A stretch of 59,378 bases of DNA, the filler included. It is 5 parts of 5 records of this genome, joined end to end, with 100 filler letters (N's around TTAATTAATTAA, not from the genome) between each part and the next. Parts side by side here need not be neighbours in the genome. Positions count along the whole stretch, not along the records: positions 46,533 to 51,711 come from DRR723986_9197; positions 51,812 to 59,378 come from DRR723986_9198; 3 more parts are not named here. The stretch is one strand, 5' to 3'. The notes beneath the pieces are model-generated. The model did no database searches. It was not told the origin of the DNA and worked only from the letters and a program-made list of their open reading frames with translations. Of this stretch, positions 48,368 to 57,341 are shown in pieces (position 1 is the first letter of the stretch; each line of letters opens with the position of its first letter). Both the position numbers and the translations under genes were made by a program.

Positions 48368-48542
48368 GCTTCTTTTTGGTTCAAATACCGCAAACCCCGA
48401 CCGCCCCCGCGATCCGGTCGACCCAAGCTGCGATCCGGCGCGACGCAGCCGCTCCTGCGCACCCGGGCTTCTTCTTGGTTCAAATACCGGAATGCCCGGC
48501 AGCCCCCCGCGATCCGGTTGACACCCGGCACGATCCGTCGCG
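48368..48542 (+). repeat. Tandem imperfect repeat, two units with 99-bp period
   Basis: GCTTCTTYTTGGTTCAAATACCG...CCCCCGCGATCCGGTYGAC...CGATCCG.CGCG starting at 48368 and 48467. Confidence 0.8.
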
Positions 48543-48568
48543 CAATGCCGCGCGAAAAGGAGACCGCC

Positions 48569-49324
48569 ATGAACGCCCCGCAGAGCCACGCCAACCTCGA
48601 CCACTGGCAGGAACGCGTCGACCTCGCCGCCGCCTTCCGCTGGACCGTCCGCCTGAACATGCACGAGGCGGTGTCGAACCACTTCAGCCTCGCCATCGAC
48701 GAGGGCGGCACGACGTTCCTGATGAACCCGAACCAGCAGCATTTCTCGCGGATCAAGGCCAGCGACCTGCTGGTGGTCGACGCCAACGATCCCGAGACCC
48801 TGAACCGCCCCGGCGCGCCCGACCCCACCGCTTGGGGGCTGCACGGCGGTCTGCACCGCCATTGCGCCCATGCGCGCTGCGCCATGCATGTCCACTCGCC
48901 CTATGCAACGGTGCTGGCCTGTCTGAAGGACAAGCGCCTGCCGCCGCTGGACCAGAATTGCGCGATGTTCTTCGACCGCGTGGCGGTGGACGACGCCTAT
49001 GGCGGGCTCGCCTTCGAGGACGAGGGCAACCGCTGCGCGCAGCTTCTGTCGGACCCCAAGGTCAAGACGCTGATCATGGGCAACCACGGCGTCATGATCA
49101 TCGGCAACACCGTGGCCGAGACCTTCAACCGCCTGTTCTACTTCGAACGCGCGGCGCAGACCTATATCATGGCGTTGCAGACCGGCCAGCCGCTGGCCTT
49201 CCTCTCGGACGAGGTGGCCGAAAAGACCGCCCGCGAGATAGAGGCCTATCCCGAACAGGACATCCGCCACCTCGCGGAACTCAAGGCGATCCTCGACGAG
49301 GAAGGCTCTGACTACGCAAGCTGA
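48569..49324 (+). CDS. Class II aldolase/adducin-family protein
   Basis: HEAVSNHFS, LHG.LH, MHVHS, MGNHG; AAGGAG RBS. Confidence 0.9.
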   Translation: MNAPQSHANLDHWQERVDLAAAFRWTVRLNMHEAVSNHFSLAIDEGGTTFLMNPNQQHFSRIKASDLLVVDANDPETLNRPGAPDPTAWGLHGGLHRHCAHARCAMHVHSPYATVLACLKDKRLPPLDQNCAMFFDRVAVDDAYGGLAFEDEGNRCAQLLSDPKVKTLIMGNHGVMIIGNTVAETFNRLFYFERAAQTYIMALQTGQPLAFLSDEVAEKTAREIEAYPEQDIRHLAELKAILDEEGSDYAS

Positions 49325-49398
49325 TCCGGCCGGGCGGGGGAGCCCCCCCTTGCCCCGGCCCTTTCCCGGCGGACATGGGCCGGGCCGGGCGGCGGGCC

Positions 49399-49887
49399 TC
49401 AGCCCTTGCGCAGCCCCGTGGCGACCAGCATGCCCTTGCGCTTGGCCTCGTAGTAGTAGCCCTTGGCGTACCACATGATCGCGCTGTCCCAGTCGCCGTC
49501 CGACACCATATAGGCGCCCTTCAGGTACTTCAGCGCGTATTTCAGGTTGGTGTCCGCATCGAGAAGGTCGCTCGGCTGGCCCTGAAAGCCCATGCTGCGC
49601 GCCGTCGCGGGCAGGATCTGGAAGAGCCCGTAATAGGGCCCGTTGCGCGCCCACGGGCGGTGCGTGCTCTCGCGGATCGCGAGGCGGTGCACCAGACCGC
49701 GCGGAAGCTCGTAGTGATCCGCCCAATGGTTGATCTTCTGCCGCAGATCCGGCGTCTCGTTCGGGTGCAGCGGGATCTTGTATTCCACAAGAGCCATGGC
49801 GGGCTGGTCTTCGGGCACCGTCTTCGGCGCGGCGCAGGCGGTCAGAAGGCCCAGACCGACCAGCGCGAGAATCAGACGAGTCGTCAT
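49399..49887 (-). CDS. Lytic transglycosylase (SLT domain) lipoprotein
   Basis: Lipobox LTAC; RES, GLFQI.P.TA, YLKGAY, YAKG. Confidence 0.88.
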   Translation of the reverse strand: MTTRLILALVGLGLLTACAAPKTVPEDQPAMALVEYKIPLHPNETPDLRQKINHWADHYELPRGLVHRLAIRESTHRPWARNGPYYGLFQILPATARSMGFQGQPSDLLDADTNLKYALKYLKGAYMVSDGDWDSAIMWYAKGYYYEAKRKGMLVATGLRKG

Positions 49888-50094
49888 CGAGTCACTCTCC
49901 AAGGGTGAAAGCCCTTTAGAGCCCTCCGGCAAGCCCGGCGAGTCCGCGCCGCGGCCATGGGCAAGACCTTGCCGGTTCCGACCCTGACGCGGCGGAATGC
50001 AGCCGGCCCGGCGAACATCCGGGCATCCTGTGCCGCGCAATGAGGCACTTCCGTCGCGCTTGCATCCCTGCGCGGCACTCGCCATCTATGCCGC

Positions 50095-50955
50095 ATGACA
50101 GCGACGCTTCTTTCCCTCGGACACGGATACTCTGCCCGCGCCCTTGCCGCGCGGCTTCTGCCCGAGGGCTGGACGGTGCTCGGCACCTACCGGGACCCGG
50201 CCAAGGCCGACGCGATCCGCGCCACCGGCGTGACCCCGGTGCCATGGGACAAGGCCGCCTTGGCCGAAGCCCTGTCGCGGGCCTCGCACCTGCTGGTTTC
50301 GCCGGCGCCGACCGCCGAGGGGGACCCGAGTCTCGCGCTTCTGTCGGATGAGATCGCCCGCCGCGCGCCCGCGCTCGACTGGGTCGGCTACCTGTCCACC
50401 ACCGGCGTTTACGGCGATCACCAAGGGGCGTGGGTCGACGAAGAGGCGCCGCTTGCGCCCTCGACACGGCGCGGCGCCGCCCGGGTGAAGGCCGAGGCGC
50501 AATGGCGCGCCATACCGGACCTGCCGCTGCATGTGTTCCGGCTGGCCGGGATCTACGGCCCAGGGCGCGGCCCCTTCGAGAAGGTCCGGCGCGGGACCGC
50601 CCGGCGAATCGTCAAACCCGAACAGGTGTTCTCGCGCATCCACGTCGAGGACATCGCTCGCGTGCTGCACGCCTCGATCCTGAACCCCGCCCCCGGCACG
50701 GCCTACAACGTCTGCGACGACGATCCGGCCCCGCCGCAGGACGTGATCGCCCATGCCGCGACGCTTCTCGGGCTTCCCTTGCCGCCGGAGGTTCCCTTCG
50801 ACGAGGCTGAGCTCAGCCCCATGGCGCGCAGTTTCTATGCCGAAAGCAAGCGCGTCTCCAACGCGCGGATCAAGGAGGCGCTTGGCGTGTCCCTTGCCTA
50901 TCCCGATTATCGCACCGGCCTTGCGGCCCTTCTGCGCGCCGAAGACGGGGACTAG
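50095..50955 (+). CDS. NAD-dependent epimerase/atypical SDR
   Basis: GHGYSA, YLSTTGVYGD, RLAGIYGPGR, FSRIHVEDI. Confidence 0.9.
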   Translation: MTATLLSLGHGYSARALAARLLPEGWTVLGTYRDPAKADAIRATGVTPVPWDKAALAEALSRASHLLVSPAPTAEGDPSLALLSDEIARRAPALDWVGYLSTTGVYGDHQGAWVDEEAPLAPSTRRGAARVKAEAQWRAIPDLPLHVFRLAGIYGPGRGPFEKVRRGTARRIVKPEQVFSRIHVEDIARVLHASILNPAPGTAYNVCDDDPAPPQDVIAHAATLLGLPLPPEVPFDEAELSPMARSFYAESKRVSNARIKEALGVSLAYPDYRTGLAALLRAEDGD

Positions 50956-50959
50956 GGCC

Positions 50960-51589
50960 ATGCCCCGCGATCTGCTGCGCGGCCTCGGCAAAGAGCCGGA
51001 CGGGCGCGCGCCGGAGACCCTCGAAGACCTGCTGGAAGCGATGCGACCCGCCGAGGGAGACGCCCGCGTCTCTGTCGAGGACGTGCTGCAGCGCGTGGGG
51101 GGGCGCTCTTTCCCGGCGGTGATCCTCGTGCCCGCGATCACCGTGGTCTCTCCGGTGTCGGGCATTCCGGGCACGCCGACGCTGGCGGGGCTGGTGGTGC
51201 TGCTGATCGCGCTTCAGGCGCTGGTGGGGAAGCGACACCTCTGGCTGCCGGGGGTCCTGCGCCGCCGCAGCATCGCCGCCCCGCGCATGCTGAAGGCGAT
51301 CGACTGGCTGCACCGCCCGGCCGCATGGATGGACCGCCATACCCACAACCGACTGACCGTGCTGGTCAGCGGACCGGCGAAGCCTCTGGCCTATGCGGCG
51401 GTGGCGCTGGCGGCGGCCTCATGGCCCTTGATGGAAATCCTGCCCTTCGTCACCTCCTTCAGCGCGGGCGCCGTGGCCATGGTGATGTTCGGGCTGATGA
51501 CCCGCGACGGCGCCTATGCGCTCGCGGGCTACCTGCAGGGGGCGCTGCTCTACCTGATCCTGCTCATCCTCTGGTTCGGGATCTTTTGA
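50960..51589 (+). CDS. ExoD-family exopolysaccharide biosynthesis membrane protein
   Basis: VGGRSF..VILVPA...SPVSGIPG, HLWLP, E.LPF, GLMTRDG. Confidence 0.88.
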   Translation: MPRDLLRGLGKEPDGRAPETLEDLLEAMRPAEGDARVSVEDVLQRVGGRSFPAVILVPAITVVSPVSGIPGTPTLAGLVVLLIALQALVGKRHLWLPGVLRRRSIAAPRMLKAIDWLHRPAAWMDRHTHNRLTVLVSGPAKPLAYAAVALAAASWPLMEILPFVTSFSAGAVAMVMFGLMTRDGAYALAGYLQGALLYLILLILWFGIF

Positions 51590-51711
51590 CGCGGTTCTGC
51601 GACGCGGGGATGACAAGCCCCGGTCGTTCGACGGGACGGATGGGTTTTCGTTTCGGGGGAGGCCGCGCCCGCGTCGAGGGATTTCGCCTCGCCTTCGGCG
51701 AGGCGACCGGC

Positions 51712-51811
51712 NNNNNNNNNNNNNNNNNNNNNNNNNNNNNNNNNNNNNNNNNNNNTTAATTAATTAANNNNNNNNNNNNNNNNNNNNNNNNNNNNNNNNN
51801 NNNNNNNNNNN
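51712..51811. other. Artificial contig spacer
   Basis: N-run around TTAATTAATTAA. Confidence 0.99.
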
Positions 51812-51913
51812 GGGAATGTTGTTGTCGCGTGCGCCTTCCATCACGGTCAACCCGTTGGGAACATCAACGACATGTTCGGTGCCGCCGAACTCGATATAGG
51901 TGATCTTTGCCAT
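51812..51913 (-). CDS. 2Fe-2S ferredoxin (adrenodoxin-type), 5' part (truncated)
   Basis: [34 protein letters not shown]. Confidence 0.88.
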
Positions 51914-52031
51914 GGTCTGCCTGTCCTTGAACACTTGTCGGGGTCTTACGTAGCGGTCCCATCCCGGCTTTGCCAGTCTGAATGCGTCACTTTTCCGAGG
52001 GGAAACCGTCAGCTTGCCGTGACGCGCAAAT

Positions 52032-52046
52032 GTTCTATATTTGTTC
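52032..52046 (+). promoter_or_regulatory. Alphaproteobacterial LexA (SOS) box
   Basis: GTTC-TATATTT-GTTC (GTTC-N7-GTTC), overlapping the -10 of TTGCCG-N16-TATATT and ending 2 nt before ATG 52049. Confidence 0.8.
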
Positions 52047-52048
52047 TC

Positions 52049-52417
52049 ATGGAGCCCGATATCCACCCCCCCCTTTGGCCACGCCCGCCCGTGGCCCTGC
52101 CCCATGCCTGGCTGAGCCGACCGCCGCAGGGCACGCGTGTCACCGTGGCGGGGCTGGTTCTGATCCGCCAGCGGCCCGGCACCGCCAACGGGGTGATCTT
52201 CCTGACGCTGGAGGATGAGACCGGCACCTGCAACGTCGTGGTCTGGCGCAAGGTCTATGAACGGTTCCGCCGGGCGGTGATCTCTGGCCGGCTGTTGCGG
52301 GTCACCGGGCGGGTTCAGCACGGGCATGGGGTGATCAACGTGATCGCCGAGGAGGTGGAGGATATCTCGCCCATGCTGGACGCGCTTTTGGCCCGGCCGG
52401 AGACACGCGACGCCTGA
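52049..52417 (+). CDS. Stand-alone OB-fold protein homologous to the DnaE2 C-terminal domain
   Basis: [39 protein letters not shown]; 122 aa; no polymerase core upstream. Confidence 0.85.
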   Translation: MEPDIHPPLWPRPPVALPHAWLSRPPQGTRVTVAGLVLIRQRPGTANGVIFLTLEDETGTCNVVVWRKVYERFRRAVISGRLLRVTGRVQHGHGVINVIAEEVEDISPMLDALLARPETRDA

Positions 52418-52494
52418 GCGCTTTGCCTGAGCGCCAAAACCCTGTATCCTGCCGCGAACAAGGTCCGAAAAGGGCCAGCAGAACAGGCATTTTG

Positions 52495-53043
52495 ATGAAA
52501 CCGACCTTTCCCCTGATTGCGGGCGTCCTGAGCCTTGCCGCCTGCGGACCCATGCCCGGTGCCGAGGTGGCCCGCCTGCTGGATCGCGATGGCACCATCG
52601 TGACGCGCGGCGAAGGGCCGGAGGACGCCCGCCCCGATGCCTGTTACGCGCAGGACGTGACGCCTGCGGTGATCGAGACCGTGACCGAACAGGTGATCGT
52701 GCAACCGCCCGAGATTTCAACCGACGGCACAGTGCGTGCGCCTGCGATCTTCCGTACCGACACGCGCCAGCGCATCGTGCAGGAACGGCAGGAGATCTGG
52801 TTCGAAACCCCGTGCGCGGCGCAGAGCGACCCTGATTTCATCGCCACGCTGCAACGGGCGCTGTCGGCGCGGGGGCACTACAGCGGGCCGGTGACCGGCA
52901 TGATGGACCGGCGCACGGAACGGGCGATACGCGAATTTCAGGAACCGCAGGGGCTGGATTCGGGCGTGCTGTCACTGGCGGGTGCGCGGTTGTTGGGACT
53001 GGCGGTCTGGGATCCTGTCGCAGCGCAACGGCCAGAGGAATAG
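52495..53043 (+). CDS. Peptidoglycan-binding-domain lipoprotein
   Basis: Lipobox [29 protein letters not shown]. Confidence 0.85.
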   Translation: MKPTFPLIAGVLSLAACGPMPGAEVARLLDRDGTIVTRGEGPEDARPDACYAQDVTPAVIETVTEQVIVQPPEISTDGTVRAPAIFRTDTRQRIVQERQEIWFETPCAAQSDPDFIATLQRALSARGHYSGPVTGMMDRRTERAIREFQEPQGLDSGVLSLAGARLLGLAVWDPVAAQRPEE

Positions 53044-53103
53044 CCTCGGGTGTCTTGATTGGAATCGCTTGACTCATTTTTGACATTGATATCATTTTCA
53101 GAA

Positions 53104-53769
53104 ATGACCCTGACCGCCCCTACTCCAAACACCCCCCCAGATAGCGCCAGTTTCGGCGATGCGCTGATCCTTGCCGCGCGCGCAGCGCCCAAGGCCGATC
53201 GCACCCGCGCGAGGCTTCAGGCCGCGATCTGCACGCTGCTCGATGACACCGCGCCTGCCGATCTGAAAGTGGCCGACATCGCCCGTGCGGCGGGCAGCGC
53301 GCATGGCACCTTCTACACCTATTTCCCCGACATCCGGGCCGCGCTGGCCGAGACCCTGACCGGCTTTGTCGCCTTCCTGCAAACGCAGATGCGGGCCGCC
53401 GCACGGGCCGCTGAGACGCCAGAGACCCGGACGCGGCAGGCAACGGCGGCTTACGTTCGGCTCTTTGAGGACAACCGGGGTCTGATGCGCTGTCTTGTGA
53501 CCCGGATAGAAGCCTTCCCCGAGGCCAGCGCCGCATTCGAGCAGCTCAACCGCGAATGGACCGAAACCGTCGTCGCGGCTTGGGCAAAGCGCAGCGCGAC
53601 CCCGCGAGATGAACTGCTTCGCCGCGCCCATGCGCTTGGCGGGATGGTCGACCAATATCTGATCATGCTGCATTTCGGGGCGGACCCGGATCTGGCCCGC
53701 ATCAGCCGGGATCGTACGGCAGTGGTCGAAACCCTTTCCCATATCTGGCAACAAGGAATGAGCGGATGA
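53104..53769 (+). CDS. TetR-family regulator
   Basis: LKVADIARAAGSAHGTFYTYF; ATGA overlap with the next gene. Confidence 0.9.
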   Translation: MTLTAPTPNTPPDSASFGDALILAARAAPKADRTRARLQAAICTLLDDTAPADLKVADIARAAGSAHGTFYTYFPDIRAALAETLTGFVAFLQTQMRAAARAAETPETRTRQATAAYVRLFEDNRGLMRCLVTRIEAFPEASAAFEQLNREWTETVVAAWAKRSATPRDELLRRAHALGGMVDQYLIMLHFGADPDLARISRDRTAVVETLSHIWQQGMSG

Positions 53770-55061
53770 GCCTGACCCAAGGGGCCGAATTTCAACCGGC
53801 AGAGGCGCTGTTGCCCGCACAGCAGGAATCATGGGCCGCGCAAAGCGCCTATGTGGCCGCGAATTCAGGGTTTTATCAGGCGTTGTGGCAGGGCGCTGCA
53901 CCGCCAAGGGATCTGCGCGATCTGCCGGTGCTGCCCCTCTCTGACAAGGCGGGGCTGCGGCTGTCTCAGGCGGCGCATCCACCCTTTGGCGACTATCTGG
54001 CCGCGCCGCGTCGCGTTGCCAACCGGCTGCATCGAACGTCGGGCACCACGGGTCAGGCGATGAATCTGGCCATGTCGGCGCGCGACAGCGCCATCACCGG
54101 CACCGTGGGTGGGCGTTGCCAATCCTCTGCCGGGCTGACGCCGGATCATACCGTGGTGCATTGCCTGAACTACCAGATGTGGATGGGCGGCGTGACCGAT
54201 CACATGACGCTGGAGGCAACCGGCGCCCTGGTGGTGCCCTTTGGCGTGGGGTCCACCGAGCTGTTGATCCGCACCATTCAGGAGGTGGGCATCAACGCCA
54301 TATCCTGCACGCCCTCCTACCCGTCGGTTCTGGAACGGGTGCTGGACGGGATGGGGATGAAGCCCCGCGATCTTGGGCTGAAACTGGGGCTTTTTGGCGG
54401 AGAACCCGGGCTCGATGACCCTGCCCTGCGCGCCCGCATCCGCGACACCTGGGGGATGGAGCCTCGGAATGCCAATTACGGCGTGTCGGACGTGTTTTCC
54501 AACTTCGCCGCGCAATGCGAGCATGACACGCGGCTGCATTACATGGCCGCCGATGTGCTGTGGCCCGAACTTATCGACCCCGAAACCGAAGCCCCTTTGC
54601 CGATCAAGGCAGGGGTGGAGGGCGAACTGGTGCTGACCCATCTGGCGCGCGATTGCCAGCCGTTGGTTCGGTTCCGCACTGGCGACATCATTGCGATTGA
54701 TGCGACTGATCCTTGCCGCTGTGGCCGCCATGGCTTTCGCTTTCGGGTGGTGGGGCGCAGTGACGATATGGTGGTGGTGCGGGGGCTGAACCTCTTTCCC
54801 ACCATGGTCGCGGCGGTGCTGAGTGGTCTGAGCGCGCTGTCGGGCGATTACCGCATCGTGCTGGATGCGCCACCGCCCTATGACGCCCTGCCGATCACGG
54901 TGGAACTGGCGAAGGGGCGCGCCGCATCGGAAGATTTACGCGCAGAGGTGGAGGCCGCGATGAAACGCAATCTGGGGGCCACGGCGCGGGTGACGCTTGT
55001 GCCGCATGGCAGCTTCCCGGTGACCGAAGGCAAGACGAAACGCGTGCTGAGGGAGTATTGA
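53766..55061 (+). CDS. Phenylacetate-CoA ligase-family (PaaK-like) AMP-dependent ligase
   Basis: TSGTTG, TPSY, GGEPG, NYGVSD, RFRTGD, GRSDDM..VRG.N, GK.KRV. Confidence 0.88.
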   Translation: MSLTQGAEFQPAEALLPAQQESWAAQSAYVAANSGFYQALWQGAAPPRDLRDLPVLPLSDKAGLRLSQAAHPPFGDYLAAPRRVANRLHRTSGTTGQAMNLAMSARDSAITGTVGGRCQSSAGLTPDHTVVHCLNYQMWMGGVTDHMTLEATGALVVPFGVGSTELLIRTIQEVGINAISCTPSYPSVLERVLDGMGMKPRDLGLKLGLFGGEPGLDDPALRARIRDTWGMEPRNANYGVSDVFSNFAAQCEHDTRLHYMAADVLWPELIDPETEAPLPIKAGVEGELVLTHLARDCQPLVRFRTGDIIAIDATDPCRCGRHGFRFRVVGRSDDMVVVRGLNLFPTMVAAVLSGLSALSGDYRIVLDAPPPYDALPITVELAKGRAASEDLRAEVEAAMKRNLGATARVTLVPHGSFPVTEGKTKRVLREY

Positions 55062-55062
55062 G

Positions 55063-55824
55063 ATGACCGGTTTTACCTATGACACGGTGCTGAGCGATCT
55101 TGTAGAAGATGGCGTCCGGCGCATTGCCCTGAACCGCCCCGACCGGCTGAACGCCATGAACCCCGCGCTGATCCGCGACGTGACGCGGGCCTTTGACGAG
55201 GCCAATGCCTGCGCCCACACGCGGGCGATCATCTTCACCGGCATGGGGCGCGCGTTTTGTGCGGGTGACGACCGGCAGGACCATGTGCATCCCGAGAGCG
55301 AGACGGAGGCGCGGGCGCTGGTGGAACTGATCCAGGCCGCCACGCGGGCGATCTGCCTTGGGCCGAAACCCGTCGTGGGCGCGATCAACGGATGGGCCGT
55401 GGGCGGCGGCTTTGAGTGGGCGATCAACTGTGATTTCCCGATCTGGGGCGACAGCGCCAAGGGATTCTTCCCCGAGGTCTCGCTGAACCTGTTCGTCACC
55501 GGGGCCGTCACCACGCTGCTGCCCAATCTGGTGGGGCTGGTAAAGGCGCGAGAGATGCTGATGCTTGGGGACCGCTATGGCGCGGCAGAGCTGAAGGCGC
55601 TTGGCGTCGCGTGGCGGGTGGTCGCCGATGACGCGCTGGCGGATGAGGCACTGGCCGTTGCGCGCAAGCTGGCGGCACTGCCGGTTCTATCGACGCGGGC
55701 GATGAAACGGGTGCTCTATGCCGCCGCCGTGCCCGACCTGCACCGGGCGCTGGCCTTGGAAACAGAGGCGACGGTGGCCGGGTTCCTCGACCCGGAAACC
55801 ACCCGATTGCTCAAGGATTTCTAA
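55063..55824 (+). CDS. Enoyl-CoA hydratase/isomerase (crotonase family)
   Basis: LNRPDRLNA, AFCAGDD, AINGWAVGGGFE, FPEV. Confidence 0.92.
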   Translation: MTGFTYDTVLSDLVEDGVRRIALNRPDRLNAMNPALIRDVTRAFDEANACAHTRAIIFTGMGRAFCAGDDRQDHVHPESETEARALVELIQAATRAICLGPKPVVGAINGWAVGGGFEWAINCDFPIWGDSAKGFFPEVSLNLFVTGAVTTLLPNLVGLVKAREMLMLGDRYGAAELKALGVAWRVVADDALADEALAVARKLAALPVLSTRAMKRVLYAAAVPDLHRALALETEATVAGFLDPETTRLLKDF

Positions 55825-55828
55825 GCCG

Positions 55829-56305
55829 TCAGGTCAGCACCACCCACAGCACCTGAACCGCCATCCAGATCACGATCAGCGAACCGATGGTGTAGAACGT
55901 CGCCCGGATTTCATGGGATCTCGCAGTCGCATAGGCCCAGAAATGCCCCGCCCTTGCGGCAACAAACCCGTAAAGCAGCACCAGCGCCAGACCCGGCGCG
56001 GGGTCGATCAGCACGAACAGCAACCCGGCCACCCAGAAGGCCGGGATGTTTTCCAGATCATTGCGATGCATCCGGCGGGATCGGTCGACATAATCGTCAC
56101 GCTCCAGTTGCGCGGGGTCGGGCGCGGGGTTCAGCAGGCCCTTTGCCGCATCCTCGGGGCTGACCAGCCCCCGGCCCGTTCGCATCATCCGCCAAACCGT
56201 CATCCAGCCTTGCCCCATGACCTTGAGCACAGTCAGCGCAGCCGCAATGACATAGGCGGTGAAGACCGGGTTATCCCAGGTCAGAAGGTCCAGAATGCGT
56301 GTCAT
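55829..56305 (-). CDS. MAPEG-family membrane protein (MGST1/mPGES-like)
   Basis: SPED...VDRSRRMHRNDLENIP; four hydrophobic helices; GGGAG RBS. Confidence 0.88.
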   Translation of the reverse strand: MTRILDLLTWDNPVFTAYVIAAALTVLKVMGQGWMTVWRMMRTGRGLVSPEDAAKGLLNPAPDPAQLERDDYVDRSRRMHRNDLENIPAFWVAGLLFVLIDPAPGLALVLLYGFVAARAGHFWAYATARSHEIRATFYTIGSLIVIWMAVQVLWVVLT

Positions 56306-56357
56306 GATCGTCTCCCTTCCAGTCCCGGCTTGACGCAGGGCGCCAGGGGTCTCAGTC

Positions 56358-56376
56358 TACCTACCATTGGTAAGTA
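56358..56376. promoter_or_regulatory. Probable TetR operator between the MAPEG and tetR genes
   Basis: TACCTACCA-T-TGGTAAGTA near-perfect palindrome. Confidence 0.6.
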
Positions 56377-56392
56377 AACAAGGGGCCATGAA

Positions 56393-56965
56393 ATGGCAGG
56401 CGCGAAAACCGGGGACATGATCCTGCAAATTGCCCGCGATCTGATGGCTGATGGCGGGCTTGGCGCGGTGTCCTTCGACACGATTGCGGCGCGGCTTGGG
56501 CGATCGAAACAGGCGGTTCTGTATTGGTATCCGACCAAGGCGGATCTGCTGGCGGCGCTGTTTCTGCCGTGGTTGGAGGAGGAAGCCGCGTTGGCCGAAA
56601 CGTCGGTGCGGGATGCCCCCGATCCGGCAGAGGCCATCGCCCGCTTCGTTCGCGCGCTTTCGGCGTTTCACCTGTCCGACCTGACCCGGTTTCGCGCCAT
56701 GTATGTGCTGCCGCAAACCCTGACACGCAGCGCGGGCGACATGCAGCTTCTGGACAGGGTGCATGGGATCACGGACCGGCTATATGAGGCATTGGCCATA
56801 CATCTTGGTCCCGATCCAGCAGCGGCCCGCCAACAGGCGTTTGCGGTGCATTCCTCCGTACTGGGCCTTGCGCTGATGGCGGGATTGGCCGAGGGGCTGG
56901 ACGATCCGCTGAAGCACGATCAACAGGCGCTGGTCGAGGCATTGGTGGCGCGAATGTTCCCGTAG
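56393..56965 (+). CDS. TetR-family regulator
   Basis: VSFDTIAARLGRSKQAVLYWYPTKADL. Confidence 0.9.
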   Translation: MAGAKTGDMILQIARDLMADGGLGAVSFDTIAARLGRSKQAVLYWYPTKADLLAALFLPWLEEEAALAETSVRDAPDPAEAIARFVRALSAFHLSDLTRFRAMYVLPQTLTRSAGDMQLLDRVHGITDRLYEALAIHLGPDPAAARQQAFAVHSSVLGLALMAGLAEGLDDPLKHDQQALVEALVARMFP

Positions 56966-57199
56966 GGTCAGCTCCCATTCCTCCCAGCCTCGACCGTGCA
57001 GCGGGTTGCCGGTGGCCGCGTCATGGCCGGTAAAGCTTTAGACAAAGATCGCGTGCGTGCCGGAAACGCGCAGGTCATCGCAGGTCAGCGTCAGGTCGGG
57101 CACATCCGCGCAGAATGACGCCAAGGCCCGGGCCGATTTGGACTTTCAGGCGGCTGTGCAACGGGTGGCCATCTCGGCCACGACTTTCGGATCAATCAT
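56966..57199 (-). pseudogene. Decayed SnoaL/NTF2-like protein gene
   Basis: Purine-rich RBS then MIDPKVVAEMATRCTAA*KSKSARALASFCADVPDLTLTCDDLRVSGTHAIFV*SFTGHDAATGNPLHGRGWEEWELT; two in-frame stops. Confidence 0.7.
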
Positions 57200-57280
57200 T
57201 GCCCCCCTTCCCCTTTCTCAGAATGCAACGTGATGGTGACCCCGCAGATCAAGACAGACCAAAACGTGATACGGAGCATG

Positions 57281-57310
57281 AAAAACCCCGCCGGACGAGG
57301 TCCGGCGGGG
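57281..57310 (-). terminator. Terminator after degP
   Basis: CCCCGCCGGAC / GTCCGGCGGGG stem plus T5 on the minus strand. Confidence 0.85.
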
Positions 57311-57341
57311 GCTTACCCTGGCATGACTCAGGGGGCTTCGC

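Noticed and set aside
48368..48542. Tandem repeat as a mini CRISPR array
   Set aside because: Only two units, similarity extends through the would-be spacer, and no cas genes are present
47044..49726. Long overlapping ORFs (755, 457 and 367 aa)
   Set aside because: Arg/Pro/Gly-rich off-frame or antisense shadows of real genes in high-GC DNA
17362..51811. Four identical TTAATTAATTAA motifs inside N-runs
   Set aside because: Artificial concatenation linkers; neither they nor gene adjacency across them are biological
57038..57148. TGA-as-Trp recoding or selenocysteine in the SnoaL-like frame
   Set aside because: The second stop is TAA, the gene is also truncated, and neighbouring genes use TGA as a normal stop
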